From assembly GCA_022843095.1 (NCBI GenBank), contig JALHOH010000001.1:630001-662000 (forward strand): a DNA stretch of 32,000 nt, written 5' to 3'. The notes beneath the pieces are model-generated. The model saw nothing but the letters and a program-made list of their open reading frames with translations. It had not been told where the DNA came from and made no database searches. The translations under genes and the position numbers were made by a program. The stretch comes from Candidatus Saccharimonadota bacterium. GTDB lineage: Bacteria; Patescibacteriota; Patescibacteriia; 2-12-FULL-60-25. Position 1 is the first letter of the stretch. Every line of letters starts with the position of its first letter. Shown here one piece after another: positions 10,201 to 18,188 of the stretch.

Positions 10201-11863
10201 GGAGCCCCGAGTAGCGCAGCAGTTGTACGACGAACTCTGGACCAACGAGCGTTCGCGCTCCGACGGCCACGCTGCTCGCTTGCAGTCCGAGCACGCGCAT
10301 GAGGTCTGCGTCGGGATCCGAGCGCCCAGGTTGAATCGCTGGCGCGAGTGCGGACGCTGTTCGCCAGATCGGTCGTGCGCGTCGAACGGCATCTGCGAGC
10401 GAGCGAACGACCCACGGTGCGTCCGCGGGCACTTCGAGGGACTGCGTGCAGACAACTGGAAGCACGCCATACGGTGTGTTTCCGACGCGAAACGCGGAGA
10501 AGGGACCCCGCGCGCGCACCGTGGTCTCGAAGAGCGAACGAACGTCGAGGACCTCACTGGGGGTGAAGTACGGTGGTGTGCTTGCGTTCGATGGGTTCAC
10601 GAGCTGCTCGAGGAAGTGGCCGAGCGTGATCGGAAATAGAACGCGCGCCATGGCGCCAGCCGCAGCGTGCTCTTGCCGTTCGGCGCCCGAGACGCGGTCG
10701 AGCGCACCCGCCGGCAGTCCGAGCGCACGAGCGAGCCTCGCTCCGTCACCGTTTTCAGCATGGCGTGGCGCGACTTCAACCTCGAAGCTTTGCTCTCCCG
10801 AGGGATCGTCGGGCGGGAACGCTGTGCTCTTTCCTCCGGCATTCGTTGTTGCAGTGCCTTGCGCTACGAACGAGACGCCCCGCGTGAAGCGCTGGGCCAT
10901 GAGCAGTTCGTGCACTTCGCGTGCGACCGCCTCCGGGTCTCGACCCGTACGCACTCCAACGACCAGGATTCGGTCGAAGCCGATCGCGGGATCCCAGTCC
11001 TCTTCGCTCAGGTGCGGGATCGTCACTGCCATCCCGACCTGCTCGGCGCGCTCGAAGTCGATGGTCCAGAGCACGTCGCGCGACATCTCGATCGGCGCGA
11101 CGCCTCGGGCTTCAGCGTCGGCGGGAACGAGCTCTCGCGCAGCGTGTTGGCTTGGGGTTTCGGTCAGGGCGAGCGGTTGAAGGACTTGCGACGAGACGGC
11201 CCTGTGCACGAGGCGAGGCTCGTATTCATCTAGGCGCACCATCTCGGTGCCGCGGTACGCGAGAACGATCCAGCGATCCGGAAGCATCGACGCGGTGACC
11301 GCGCGTGTCCACGAGGCAGACTTCACGGTTCCGATGGGAGGAAAGATGGGCTCGTCAGGTTCCGTAGCGGCGGGCGGAGGGAGTGGCGCGCTCGAGCGCA
11401 GTCGACTCAGGTCCGTCATGCGTGTGCTCGACAGCACGTCTGCGATGCCGTGAGCGCGATCGCGAAAGTTGCTCGGCTTCGTCGCTCGAATCACAAAGGC
11501 CGCGCGCGGCATCGGGACGAGCCTCAGCAGTTCCGTCCATGCTCTTCGCTGCACCTCAGCGCTTTCGTTCCAACTCGCGCGCCAGAACGTGCACCCTGCG
11601 TCGTATTCGTCTCGGGTGAGCTCGGGTTCGTGCGAGTTCGCGAAGATCTCGTCCGGGTAGATGCGGACGCGGAGAACTCTCTCGGTGGAAAACCGACCGT
11701 TAGAGCGCTCCCCGAAGCGCGTCTCGATGCGAACAGGAAGTAGAAGGAGTGGAACGTCTGGCGCAAGATCGTTGACGTCGAACTCTGGCTTCGGGTTGAG
11801 GTCTGGACGAACGGTGGTGCTCGCGTCGATGTGCAGATTCGAGAGGTCTGTGGGGAGCGTCAC
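7289..11863 (-). CDS. giant hypothetical protein (1524 aa)
   Basis: The GTG start at 11863 overlaps the upstream TGA (GTGA at 11860-11863) and has GGAGGTG 7 nt upstream. The 73-codon N-terminal extension in the ORF track is Arg/Trp-rich out-of-frame shadow of the upstream gene. Motifs are PLLLLPVRIETRFG, LRVRIYPDEIF, LPDRWIVLAY, FRVGNTPYGVLPVV and HRLDPWMTALA. No NTPase, signal peptide or TM segment seen. Confidence 0.85.
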   Translation of the reverse strand: MTLPTDLSNLHIDASTTVRPDLNPKPEFDVNDLAPDVPLLLLPVRIETRFGERSNGRFSTERVLRVRIYPDEIFANSHEPELTRDEYDAGCTFWRASWNESAEVQRRAWTELLRLVPMPRAAFVIRATKPSNFRDRAHGIADVLSSTRMTDLSRLRSSAPLPPPAATEPDEPIFPPIGTVKSASWTRAVTASMLPDRWIVLAYRGTEMVRLDEYEPRLVHRAVSSQVLQPLALTETPSQHAARELVPADAEARGVAPIEMSRDVLWTIDFERAEQVGMAVTIPHLSEEDWDPAIGFDRILVVGVRTGRDPEAVAREVHELLMAQRFTRGVSFVAQGTATTNAGGKSTAFPPDDPSGEQSFEVEVAPRHAENGDGARLARALGLPAGALDRVSGAERQEHAAAGAMARVLFPITLGHFLEQLVNPSNASTPPYFTPSEVLDVRSLFETTVRARGPFSAFRVGNTPYGVLPVVCTQSLEVPADAPWVVRSLADAVRRARPIWRTASALAPAIQPGRSDPDADLMRVLGLQASSVAVGARTLVGPEFVVQLLRYSGLPYSHWISDPHGAQRAGLATIDRAGWEPRLLRSMFDPRLYRFSHGLVARAGHNETASLSTQDNYLSQSIDASIDALRRSSLSSLRGTDAPLLARLVRHSTLSEIARITFEVNLREGRVSPADRQEHELIQTSMYGRRMRPPVWDHLAMWGEGATMKTLIDRDPLGADLVGFAHALGRLAALPAAELERLFTETLDAVSHRLDPWMTALATAKLDAMRAARPTGLHVGAFGWVERLRRRPPGGTRVLADGTTAHIQSRSAGFVHGPSLDHAAAGAILKNAWVTREGEPQRRYTIDLSSARVRTAEWILDHMRAGIPLGALLGYQVERGLHDIDPTNDRIFAALRQRFAPVARKKDPRARPDLDAEKIAARNVVDGLALLRAYRADESVSKESFLRSLRLPLSPEQSDALLRVTREADDTADALADALTAESVFQLIRGNAGRSVASLDALARATRPPELEVARYPRTGRTLTHRVVLVLGDQAPDEVGPWGAVAPTPRAVCDPLLEAWARRQLGDPDHTSCVVRFAKGDAEATSLHVRLSDLALGALDVVALAATQPDPKQGSEIDRRVRLFVLSRYPGVSIESVRYDAGASSSARTFGQTLEAARAMSALLGRSRPLRVEDLSPSALANPTPAAVTFSERDKERAENAQRALGALVRNLVRALRVPPASIEHAEDLHRQLQLASRYGVVGALPDLPAANLDAPYASLITSARSTLTELQSRLEKAESASNAREKARAIFGADFLFVSSISPEGAVKAALETALEHAPSLGATADQVRVWQAQATRVREPLRALRMVTTYARATSVAVAPVSIVQLPTEPGDYWAALPNRVATDPERQRTLLLSGRVSVALVGCGARATGATEWSGLLLDEWVETIPLPDETTGIAAHYDDPGAEAPQTVLLAVPTRLDGWRFDDLVATLHETLDNARIRATEPETLVHFAQFLPAAYVTANVAGDVVSTLLTNAITVEQPS

Positions 11864-14800
11864 GATCGCACCTCCGCAAGCAATTGCTCTGCTGGGATCA
11901 GGATTCGAACGGGCTTCTGGTGGGTGATGTTCGCGAAGGCCGCGGAGGTCGCCTGTCCAGCGGGCCACGCTGGCGTGCGATCTTCGAGAACGAGCTCCGA
12001 ACGAGCGCCATCGCGCTCGATGGAGCCACGGAAGTAGCTGCCCACCGCGACGCCAACCGCGGGCCAAGACAGATCGCCCCACGATCGCAGGGGAGCGGCG
12101 CTCTCATCGAGACCAAAGCGGGCTTCGATCGCAGGTTCCTCGAAGACGAAGTACCAGCCGCCAGAGAAGAGCGTGTCGACGGTGAGGTCGAAGCCGACGA
12201 ACACGACGTCGGGAGGAAGCTCTCCACGAAAGAGCGGATAGTGGGGCTCTTCGCGTGTTGCTCGCTCGCGCGTGGCGTAGATGGTCGCGTTGGGGTATCG
12301 GCGCAAGATCTCGCCGCGCACGAGCAAAACGAGCCTCGTCTCTCCGACGGAGCTCGACGCGCCGCGCGGGCTGTGGCCACCAAGCGCGCTGTCTTTCTCC
12401 CAGCGATCGATCGCCGTGATGTCCTTCAACAGCTCCTTTGCGTCGGCGTCGCTCCAGCCTGGCGGCGGATCGATCTTCGCGAACGACGCGGGGTTCCAGA
12501 ACTGACGAAAGTAGGTCGATCGCTGATCCGTCGGAAACTCGTGCCACAAGAGCTCTCGCGCCATCTCGTGCGAGAGCCCGACCATGTACGCCTCGACGAA
12601 TGCTCGGTTGGTCTGCAGCAAGGCGACGCTGTTATTCGGGACGTGCTCCAAGCCCGGCAGGATCCAGTCTTGCGAGAGGTCACGGAGGGGGACCCACATC
12701 GGTTGCTCGAACGCCGGTGCCACGAAGAGGGGATCGAGGAGGTCCTCTGGGCTCCACTCGACGTCGGCCGAGAGCCTCAGCCGAAACCGTACGGCGCGCG
12801 TGATGGTCTCCTCGGGGTTGAGCTCGCGGCTCAATAGGCCGGCGATCTCGCCAGCGGTCGGGGCTGCAGGCAGCGACGGCGATGCGTCGAGCTGAAGCTG
12901 TACTTCGCGAAAGAAGTCACCGACGGCCTCACGAAACTCTGCGGCACCTGCCGCAGTCGCGTCTGCATCGGTTGGCACGCGACCTGCGGCGAGGTCTTCG
13001 AGCGACACGGGCACGAAGGCGCGATTGCCCGGCATCTCATCGAGTACACGGTCGACCAGCTCATCTCTCACGGTCGCGCCGCTCTTCTGCTCTTCGATGA
13101 GCCTCGACCACGCGCGCTTGCGCGGGAGCGTTGCGCTCTGCTCCCCCTCGAAAGCCGTGATGCCCACGAGAAGCGCGGTTCCGAACGCGGTCGTCGCAGC
13201 CTTCTTCTCACCGTCTTCGATGAGCGCGCGCTCGGCCGGCGTGTTCGCTGCGCGTGCTCCGCTCGTCCATGGAGTGTTGGCGTTTACGAGCAGCGGTCGA
13301 CCTCCGCCTGCGCGAATCTCTCGACGATTCACGCGATCGAAGAGGTTGGGGACGCGAGGTCCCATGCGTCGATCGAGCGCTCCTCGCGCGCGTGTCAGCC
13401 TCCGCCATGCGGGGTCGATGATTCCTTCGATCCGTGTGCCAGCAGTCACCGCGGTCAACGTGCGTGTGGGCGACGCGCTCCAGAGCAGATGCCCGAACGC
13501 GGGAGCAGCGAGCTGCACGAAGAGGTCGTTCGGCGCGGGAAGAAGGTGGCGTACAAAGATCGACTTCGCCCCGTGCCTCGCGAGCTGCGCAAAGCGCATG
13601 GTGTTGTTGATGGCGGTCATTCCCTCGAACTGCCGCCAAGCTCCCGCCAGCAATTCGGTCTGATTCTTCTGTACGACCTCTGTCGCGAGTCCGGCGGCGA
13701 TTCTCAGCAGAGGGTTGCGATTCAGCTCACGAAACCATCCGTCGCTTCGCGGAAGCTCGTTGGCGGCCGCGAGCCATTGGCCATACAGCGGAGGAACGAC
13801 GAGGCGAGGTTCGCTCGTGCTGTGCTCGAGCTCGCGTGCCGGCAACGAGAGCAGCTCGGAGAGGACGTCATCGAACGCGGGGATGTGCTCGATGCTCGCC
13901 CACAACGGGTTGGTGCTCCCGAGCGGCTGAAGTGCGCCTGCCACGCGGAGGTCGGGCTGCTCTCCGCTGACTGCTCCAGGAACTCCGAGACCAGGAGTGC
14001 GTGCATCGACGGAGCGAGAGCCAACCTCGGGAGGAAGTGGGCGTGGTTCGATCCTGCGCACGAGCTCCTCGAAGTCGCCGGTGACGCCGGTCCCGAATCG
14101 CCATTCGAAGTACACCGGGAGCCACACGAGCGCGGCGTCGCCTCCGCCAGTTCCTCGCTGCCACGCGAATCGAAGCGCATCCACGGCGCTGTCGAGCGCT
14201 TCGCCCGTTCCCGCTCGGCGACCGCGCTCGAACGTCGGAACGAGAAACGCGGTGTAGCTCGTCTTGGGCTTGAGACGACGCGGGCACAACAACCTCGACA
14301 CGAACGCATCAGGTGTCGTGCGCAGCCGCTCGCGCACCTGTGCGTCGTTCGAGGACGCGAGGTCGACCTTCCCGTGAACGTGCGCCCAGAGATACGCGTC
14401 GGTGAGTTCAGGCAGATCGCTAACCGCTGCCTGAATCGCAGCCAATGGAGCATTGCTTCCGCTCGTGCGCCTCGACTTGATTTCTTCGTCCGAGAGCACA
14501 ACGAGGCACAGCCACGGAGTGAGCTGAAGATCCTGTGTGGATCCTTCGCGGCGCTTGGGCGACGCGGGGGTGTAGCGCCAAGGCAGGTCTGCGTCCTCGA
14601 ACTCGATGAGCGGAAAGAAGTTCGGCTCGGCGTCGAAGACGTCGCGTGCGGGCCAATGGCGGACGATCGCATCGCTGTTGATCCCGCGGACATCTTCGGG
14701 ACCGAACAGTCGGAGCGTGCTCGTGACTTCGGTCTCGTTCACCGTGAGCCCAACGGTAACCTCCGCGCGTTCTGCTGGCGCGCCCGACACAGCCTCGCCC

Positions 14801-14871
14801 TCGCGACGAATGATCTGCGTAGCGAGCCCCTGGCGAATCCAAGACATGAAGGTGAACGCGTCGCGGCTCAT
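11860..14871 (-). CDS. giant hypothetical protein (1003 aa)
   Basis: The ATG at 14871 overlaps the upstream stop (ATGA at 14868-14871). Motifs are FFPLIEFEDADLPWRYTP, AYLWAHVH, YTAFLVPTFERGRRAG and NRAFVEAYMVGLSHEMARELLWHEFPTDQRSTYFRQFW. No known domain recognised. Confidence 0.85.
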   Translation of the reverse strand: MSRDAFTFMSWIRQGLATQIIRREGEAVSGAPAERAEVTVGLTVNETEVTSTLRLFGPEDVRGINSDAIVRHWPARDVFDAEPNFFPLIEFEDADLPWRYTPASPKRREGSTQDLQLTPWLCLVVLSDEEIKSRRTSGSNAPLAAIQAAVSDLPELTDAYLWAHVHGKVDLASSNDAQVRERLRTTPDAFVSRLLCPRRLKPKTSYTAFLVPTFERGRRAGTGEALDSAVDALRFAWQRGTGGGDAALVWLPVYFEWRFGTGVTGDFEELVRRIEPRPLPPEVGSRSVDARTPGLGVPGAVSGEQPDLRVAGALQPLGSTNPLWASIEHIPAFDDVLSELLSLPARELEHSTSEPRLVVPPLYGQWLAAANELPRSDGWFRELNRNPLLRIAAGLATEVVQKNQTELLAGAWRQFEGMTAINNTMRFAQLARHGAKSIFVRHLLPAPNDLFVQLAAPAFGHLLWSASPTRTLTAVTAGTRIEGIIDPAWRRLTRARGALDRRMGPRVPNLFDRVNRREIRAGGGRPLLVNANTPWTSGARAANTPAERALIEDGEKKAATTAFGTALLVGITAFEGEQSATLPRKRAWSRLIEEQKSGATVRDELVDRVLDEMPGNRAFVPVSLEDLAAGRVPTDADATAAGAAEFREAVGDFFREVQLQLDASPSLPAAPTAGEIAGLLSRELNPEETITRAVRFRLRLSADVEWSPEDLLDPLFVAPAFEQPMWVPLRDLSQDWILPGLEHVPNNSVALLQTNRAFVEAYMVGLSHEMARELLWHEFPTDQRSTYFRQFWNPASFAKIDPPPGWSDADAKELLKDITAIDRWEKDSALGGHSPRGASSSVGETRLVLLVRGEILRRYPNATIYATRERATREEPHYPLFRGELPPDVVFVGFDLTVDTLFSGGWYFVFEEPAIEARFGLDESAAPLRSWGDLSWPAVGVAVGSYFRGSIERDGARSELVLEDRTPAWPAGQATSAAFANITHQKPVRILIPAEQLLAEVRS

Positions 14872-17800
14872 CGTCCCTCTCCTCCGGTCGCCTCGAACGC
14901 GGGTGCCACTTGAAACAGCGAGGCTCCGCCAGACTCTTCCGCGAGCAACTGCACGAGCGCGCTCGCAGCGCCCGCGGTCTCGGGGGTGGCTCGACTGGCT
15001 GGTCGAAGTGAATCGCGGCTCGTTGCCACGAAGAACTCGTCCGCGAGCACGACGCGCGGAGGGGTGCCGAGCGCGGGGGTGAATCGATCCGATCCCTGGA
15101 TCCGCAATCCGCGGAGCGATGAAGCAGCGTTGCGCGATCCTGCGACAAGCTGCTCGCTCGGGAGAGACGTTGTGGTGGGCGTTTCGTCTCCACCGAGCTT
15201 GATCTGCTCATAGAGGCCAGCTCCTTGTGTCTTGGGACCGACCGAGATGGCGTCGCTCGCGACGAGCGCTCCAGCATCCATCTTTTCGAAGGAGGGGCGG
15301 CTCAGTTTTTCGGCGTCCGACATCTGCTCGAACTGCGCTGCGGCGAACATCTCGTGCATAGGGCGATGGGTCGCGGGTGCGCTACCCACGCGAGCCGCGC
15401 GAACGTCGTAGCGGCCAGGGCCACCAATTCGCCCTTCGGCGAAGCGGTCAAGCTTGCGATTGAGCGGCACGATCGTTTGCCGAACTGCAGGCACACCGAC
15501 TGGGTCGAAGAGCGGGTTCTCCGAGCTCGAGGCGTCAGACAGCGATACTGGGCGGGCGACGCCGGCCACGAGTTCGCCCTTCCAGCTCGGTGCAGCACGC
15601 AAGGCTTCGAGAAGGCGATCCGTCGGGTCGACCGAGGGGAGCTCTTCGAGCGAAGGCTCGCCGCCGAACTTCACGTCGACGTCGACTGCGGCCTCGATGA
15701 AGAGCACCGACAGTCGAGCTTTGCCCGTGACGTGCCAAGGCTTCGGTCCCTTGATCGTGCCCTCGAGGTGGATCGCGAGGAGCTTTGCGCCGAAGACTGT
15801 GACGGACAGGCTTGCGAGAAAGTCGATGCGAAACGAGAACGGCGAGAAGATGACGAGTGCGTCGAACGCGAGCATCCCGTCGATCGCCGCGACCTCGACG
15901 CGGACCTGCACCTCGACCCGTGCCCCGAGCTGCAGGGTGTTCGACGTGATCGCGAAGTACGACTCGATGCGCAGGCGCACGAGGCCACCCGGAGCCGTGT
16001 ACCCGAGGGTTAGCCGACGAAGGGTAGGGAAGTTGGAGGGCGCCTGAAAGTGTGGATTGAAGCCGCCAATGGAGAGCAGAAAGTACGGCTGTTCGCCCCA
16101 GCCGAGGCGGAAGGCAAGATCGCCGAAGAGTTCGAGTGGGCCGATGCGGGAGTCGTTAAGAGAGGCGTCGACTGAGACTTCCTTTTGTCCTGGGTCTACG
16201 ATTCCCAAGAGCCGCATATGTAGTTCGACAACAGCCGTACTGCGGTTAGGAAGGAGCATCTCCGCTGCGCCCGCAAGAACGAACCGGAGTGGAAGAGGCA
16301 ACTCAAGTACCAGCGCGACCACGATCTCAGCGATAGGAATTGCTGGCGGTCCGAAGCTGATCTGAACTATCGGTCCGACTACGTATCGTTCGTCTGATGG
16401 AGCAAACACCTGTTGGAGCGAAGCGCTCGACGACGTACTTGATGGTAGAAGGGGTGATGAGTTCGCTGCCATGAGCAGTGCGCGAAGCCTGGGCAGAACG
16501 AATGTGCGATGAATTCCCACCAACCCGCCGACGCCACTCAACGAGAATCCCATGCCGATTGGAATTCCAGGAAAGGATGCGAACAAAGACGCAACTATAG
16601 AGTAGCTGCCATTGGAGCGAACAAGCATTGACGCAGATGCCGCGATGCCAAGCTGACGGATGGTCAGCGACATTGAACCGGAGTAGCTTCCGCCGGAACC
16701 GACAGACAATTCGCCACCACCTGTTGCGATCGGCGAGTTTAACTGCAAGCCAACACTAGAGATACTCGCGAACTCGGCACTTAGATCCGAACTCCCGAGT
16801 GAGCCCCGTGAATCCATCCACTCAAGAGATGCACCAAACCCGCGAGCGGTTAAACGTGCAAATCCGACGGCGACCGACGCGTCGACACGAGCAGCGAGAC
16901 TGAGTGCAGCAGGATTGCTCGCTGCGCGAGCGCTGAGCGCAATTCCGTCAATTGCCACGCCGCCGAAACGTGCACGAACTTGCAGGAAGACCTCGAGGGA
17001 GGCTGCGGCGTTCACAAGGAGTCCCGTGGTTCGGGAGTAACTCATGTTGAGGGAAGTGTTGAACGAAACCCTGCGACCAAGAAGTGCTCTTAGGAGCGGA
17101 CTGCCAGATTCAGGATCGAGACTAAGTTCGACGGATGTCGCCAATTCGGCAAACGGAGAGAATGGCTGCGTGCTCAACGCCTCAAAGCCCCCTCCAACGG
17201 TTACGGACTGAACGCGGAAGTCGACACCCGGAGCCAAACGAAGGACCGGCTGTTCGCTGAGTGGCCCTTCAATGAAAATGCCGCAACGTACGCGTGACTC
17301 GAGCCCGCTGAATCGAACCTCCGGCAACAAGTGAACTACGCCAGTGGTCGACTGAGCACCGCAGCGCAGTTGGTAGTTACCAAACGGAATTACAAACTCT
17401 CCTCCACCCGCAATCTCAACAGAAGCGAAGAGCTCCGTGCCAAGGACTCGGACTCGGAATAGAGTTGATAGAGCCGCTTCCGAATTGACTGCGATACGAA
17501 TGGCAGACGACAGATCGCTCGCGTCATCGTCGTACTGTACAAATGTGCTGAGGCGAGCTGATGGGAATAGAGTCGGCAGTGCCGTGCACACTCGATATAG
17601 CCACGACGCCAGCATTCGCGCCTCTGAACGGCGGTCTAGTGACATTGCGTCTGCGAGCGTGCGCCAATCCCAGTGCTGGAACTGACTGAGTGGAATTAGT
17701 CGAAAACGGAACCGAGCGGTCGATCCTGCAGCACTTTCGGGGGTACCCGCGATTGTCTCGCGACGAACAAGAGCAACTGCCCCAAGCAACCAGAGTAGGG

Positions 17801-18152
17801 TCCAAAGCCGTGGACTACGTGACGCAAGAGCCGTGATCAAAAGTTGTTCCAGCAACTCAAGTAGAGTGATTCGAACATACGGCAAGTCGCGCGGGTTCGC
17901 AAACAACCTCGAGACCGCTGCCAACATTGAGATTATGTTGTATAGTGTTGCTGGTTGAGTTCCCTCTTCACCTCGCCGAATGCTACTCACGACAACCTGA
18001 AGAGTTTGAATGCAGACGGTCTGTTGCTCCGATGTCAGTACTCCAAACGTCAACGAACGCTGCAGTTGAACGCGGCAACGATCGACGTTCAACTCCGTGG
18101 AGAGTAGCGGTGACAACAACGATTCGATAAAATCTTGCGCTGTGTCAGACAT
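14868..18152 (-). CDS. giant hypothetical protein (1094 aa), beta-rich; possible DUF6603-like region (unverified recollection)
   Basis: ATG at 18152 has GAGGA 6 nt upstream. Motifs are GFSLSGVGGLVGIHRTF and LLSIGGFNPHFQAP, followed by long alternating-polarity beta-like segments (RVEVQVRVEVAAIDGMLAFDALVIFSPFSFRIDFLASLSVTVFG). The N-terminal two-thirds or so is encoded by about 50-55% GC DNA and the C-terminal third by about 70% GC DNA. Confidence 0.85.
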   Translation of the reverse strand: MSDTAQDFIESLLSPLLSTELNVDRCRVQLQRSLTFGVLTSEQQTVCIQTLQVVVSSIRRGEEGTQPATLYNIISMLAAVSRLFANPRDLPYVRITLLELLEQLLITALASRSPRLWTLLWLLGAVALVRRETIAGTPESAAGSTARFRFRLIPLSQFQHWDWRTLADAMSLDRRSEARMLASWLYRVCTALPTLFPSARLSTFVQYDDDASDLSSAIRIAVNSEAALSTLFRVRVLGTELFASVEIAGGGEFVIPFGNYQLRCGAQSTTGVVHLLPEVRFSGLESRVRCGIFIEGPLSEQPVLRLAPGVDFRVQSVTVGGGFEALSTQPFSPFAELATSVELSLDPESGSPLLRALLGRRVSFNTSLNMSYSRTTGLLVNAAASLEVFLQVRARFGGVAIDGIALSARAASNPAALSLAARVDASVAVGFARLTARGFGASLEWMDSRGSLGSSDLSAEFASISSVGLQLNSPIATGGGELSVGSGGSYSGSMSLTIRQLGIAASASMLVRSNGSYSIVASLFASFPGIPIGMGFSLSGVGGLVGIHRTFVLPRLRALLMAANSSPLLPSSTSSSASLQQVFAPSDERYVVGPIVQISFGPPAIPIAEIVVALVLELPLPLRFVLAGAAEMLLPNRSTAVVELHMRLLGIVDPGQKEVSVDASLNDSRIGPLELFGDLAFRLGWGEQPYFLLSIGGFNPHFQAPSNFPTLRRLTLGYTAPGGLVRLRIESYFAITSNTLQLGARVEVQVRVEVAAIDGMLAFDALVIFSPFSFRIDFLASLSVTVFGAKLLAIHLEGTIKGPKPWHVTGKARLSVLFIEAAVDVDVKFGGEPSLEELPSVDPTDRLLEALRAAPSWKGELVAGVARPVSLSDASSSENPLFDPVGVPAVRQTIVPLNRKLDRFAEGRIGGPGRYDVRAARVGSAPATHRPMHEMFAAAQFEQMSDAEKLSRPSFEKMDAGALVASDAISVGPKTQGAGLYEQIKLGGDETPTTTSLPSEQLVAGSRNAASSLRGLRIQGSDRFTPALGTPPRVVLADEFFVATSRDSLRPASRATPETAGAASALVQLLAEESGGASLFQVAPAFEATGGEGR

Positions 18153-18188
18153 CTGTGGTCCTCGAGATTGTAAGGGTGGTTCACTGAG

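Noticed and set aside
11864-12082. N-terminal extensions given in the ORF track: 7289-12082, 5533-7353, 21771-22637, 21469-22107, 21203-21526 and 28973-30397.
   Set aside because: These extensions overlap the preceding gene out of frame, translate to low-complexity Arg/Trp-rich sequence, and lack SD sites. Internal ATG or GTG starts give classic ATGA/GTGA coupling or sit behind GGAGG-type SD sites, and they match paralog or family N-termini.
5724-14913. Many long ORFs antisense to or out of frame with the giant genes. Examples: 5724-7211(-), 5758-6741(+), 6335-7378(+), 8525-9823(+), 9051-10415(-), 9827-10639(+), 11884-12837(+), 13489-14913(+), 13722-14693(-).
   Set aside because: Their translations are dominated by Arg, Pro, Ser and Ala with no motifs, as expected for shadow ORFs in about 70% GC DNA. 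The chosen frames show strong G/C third-position bias, motif-rich products and coupled start-stop junctions.
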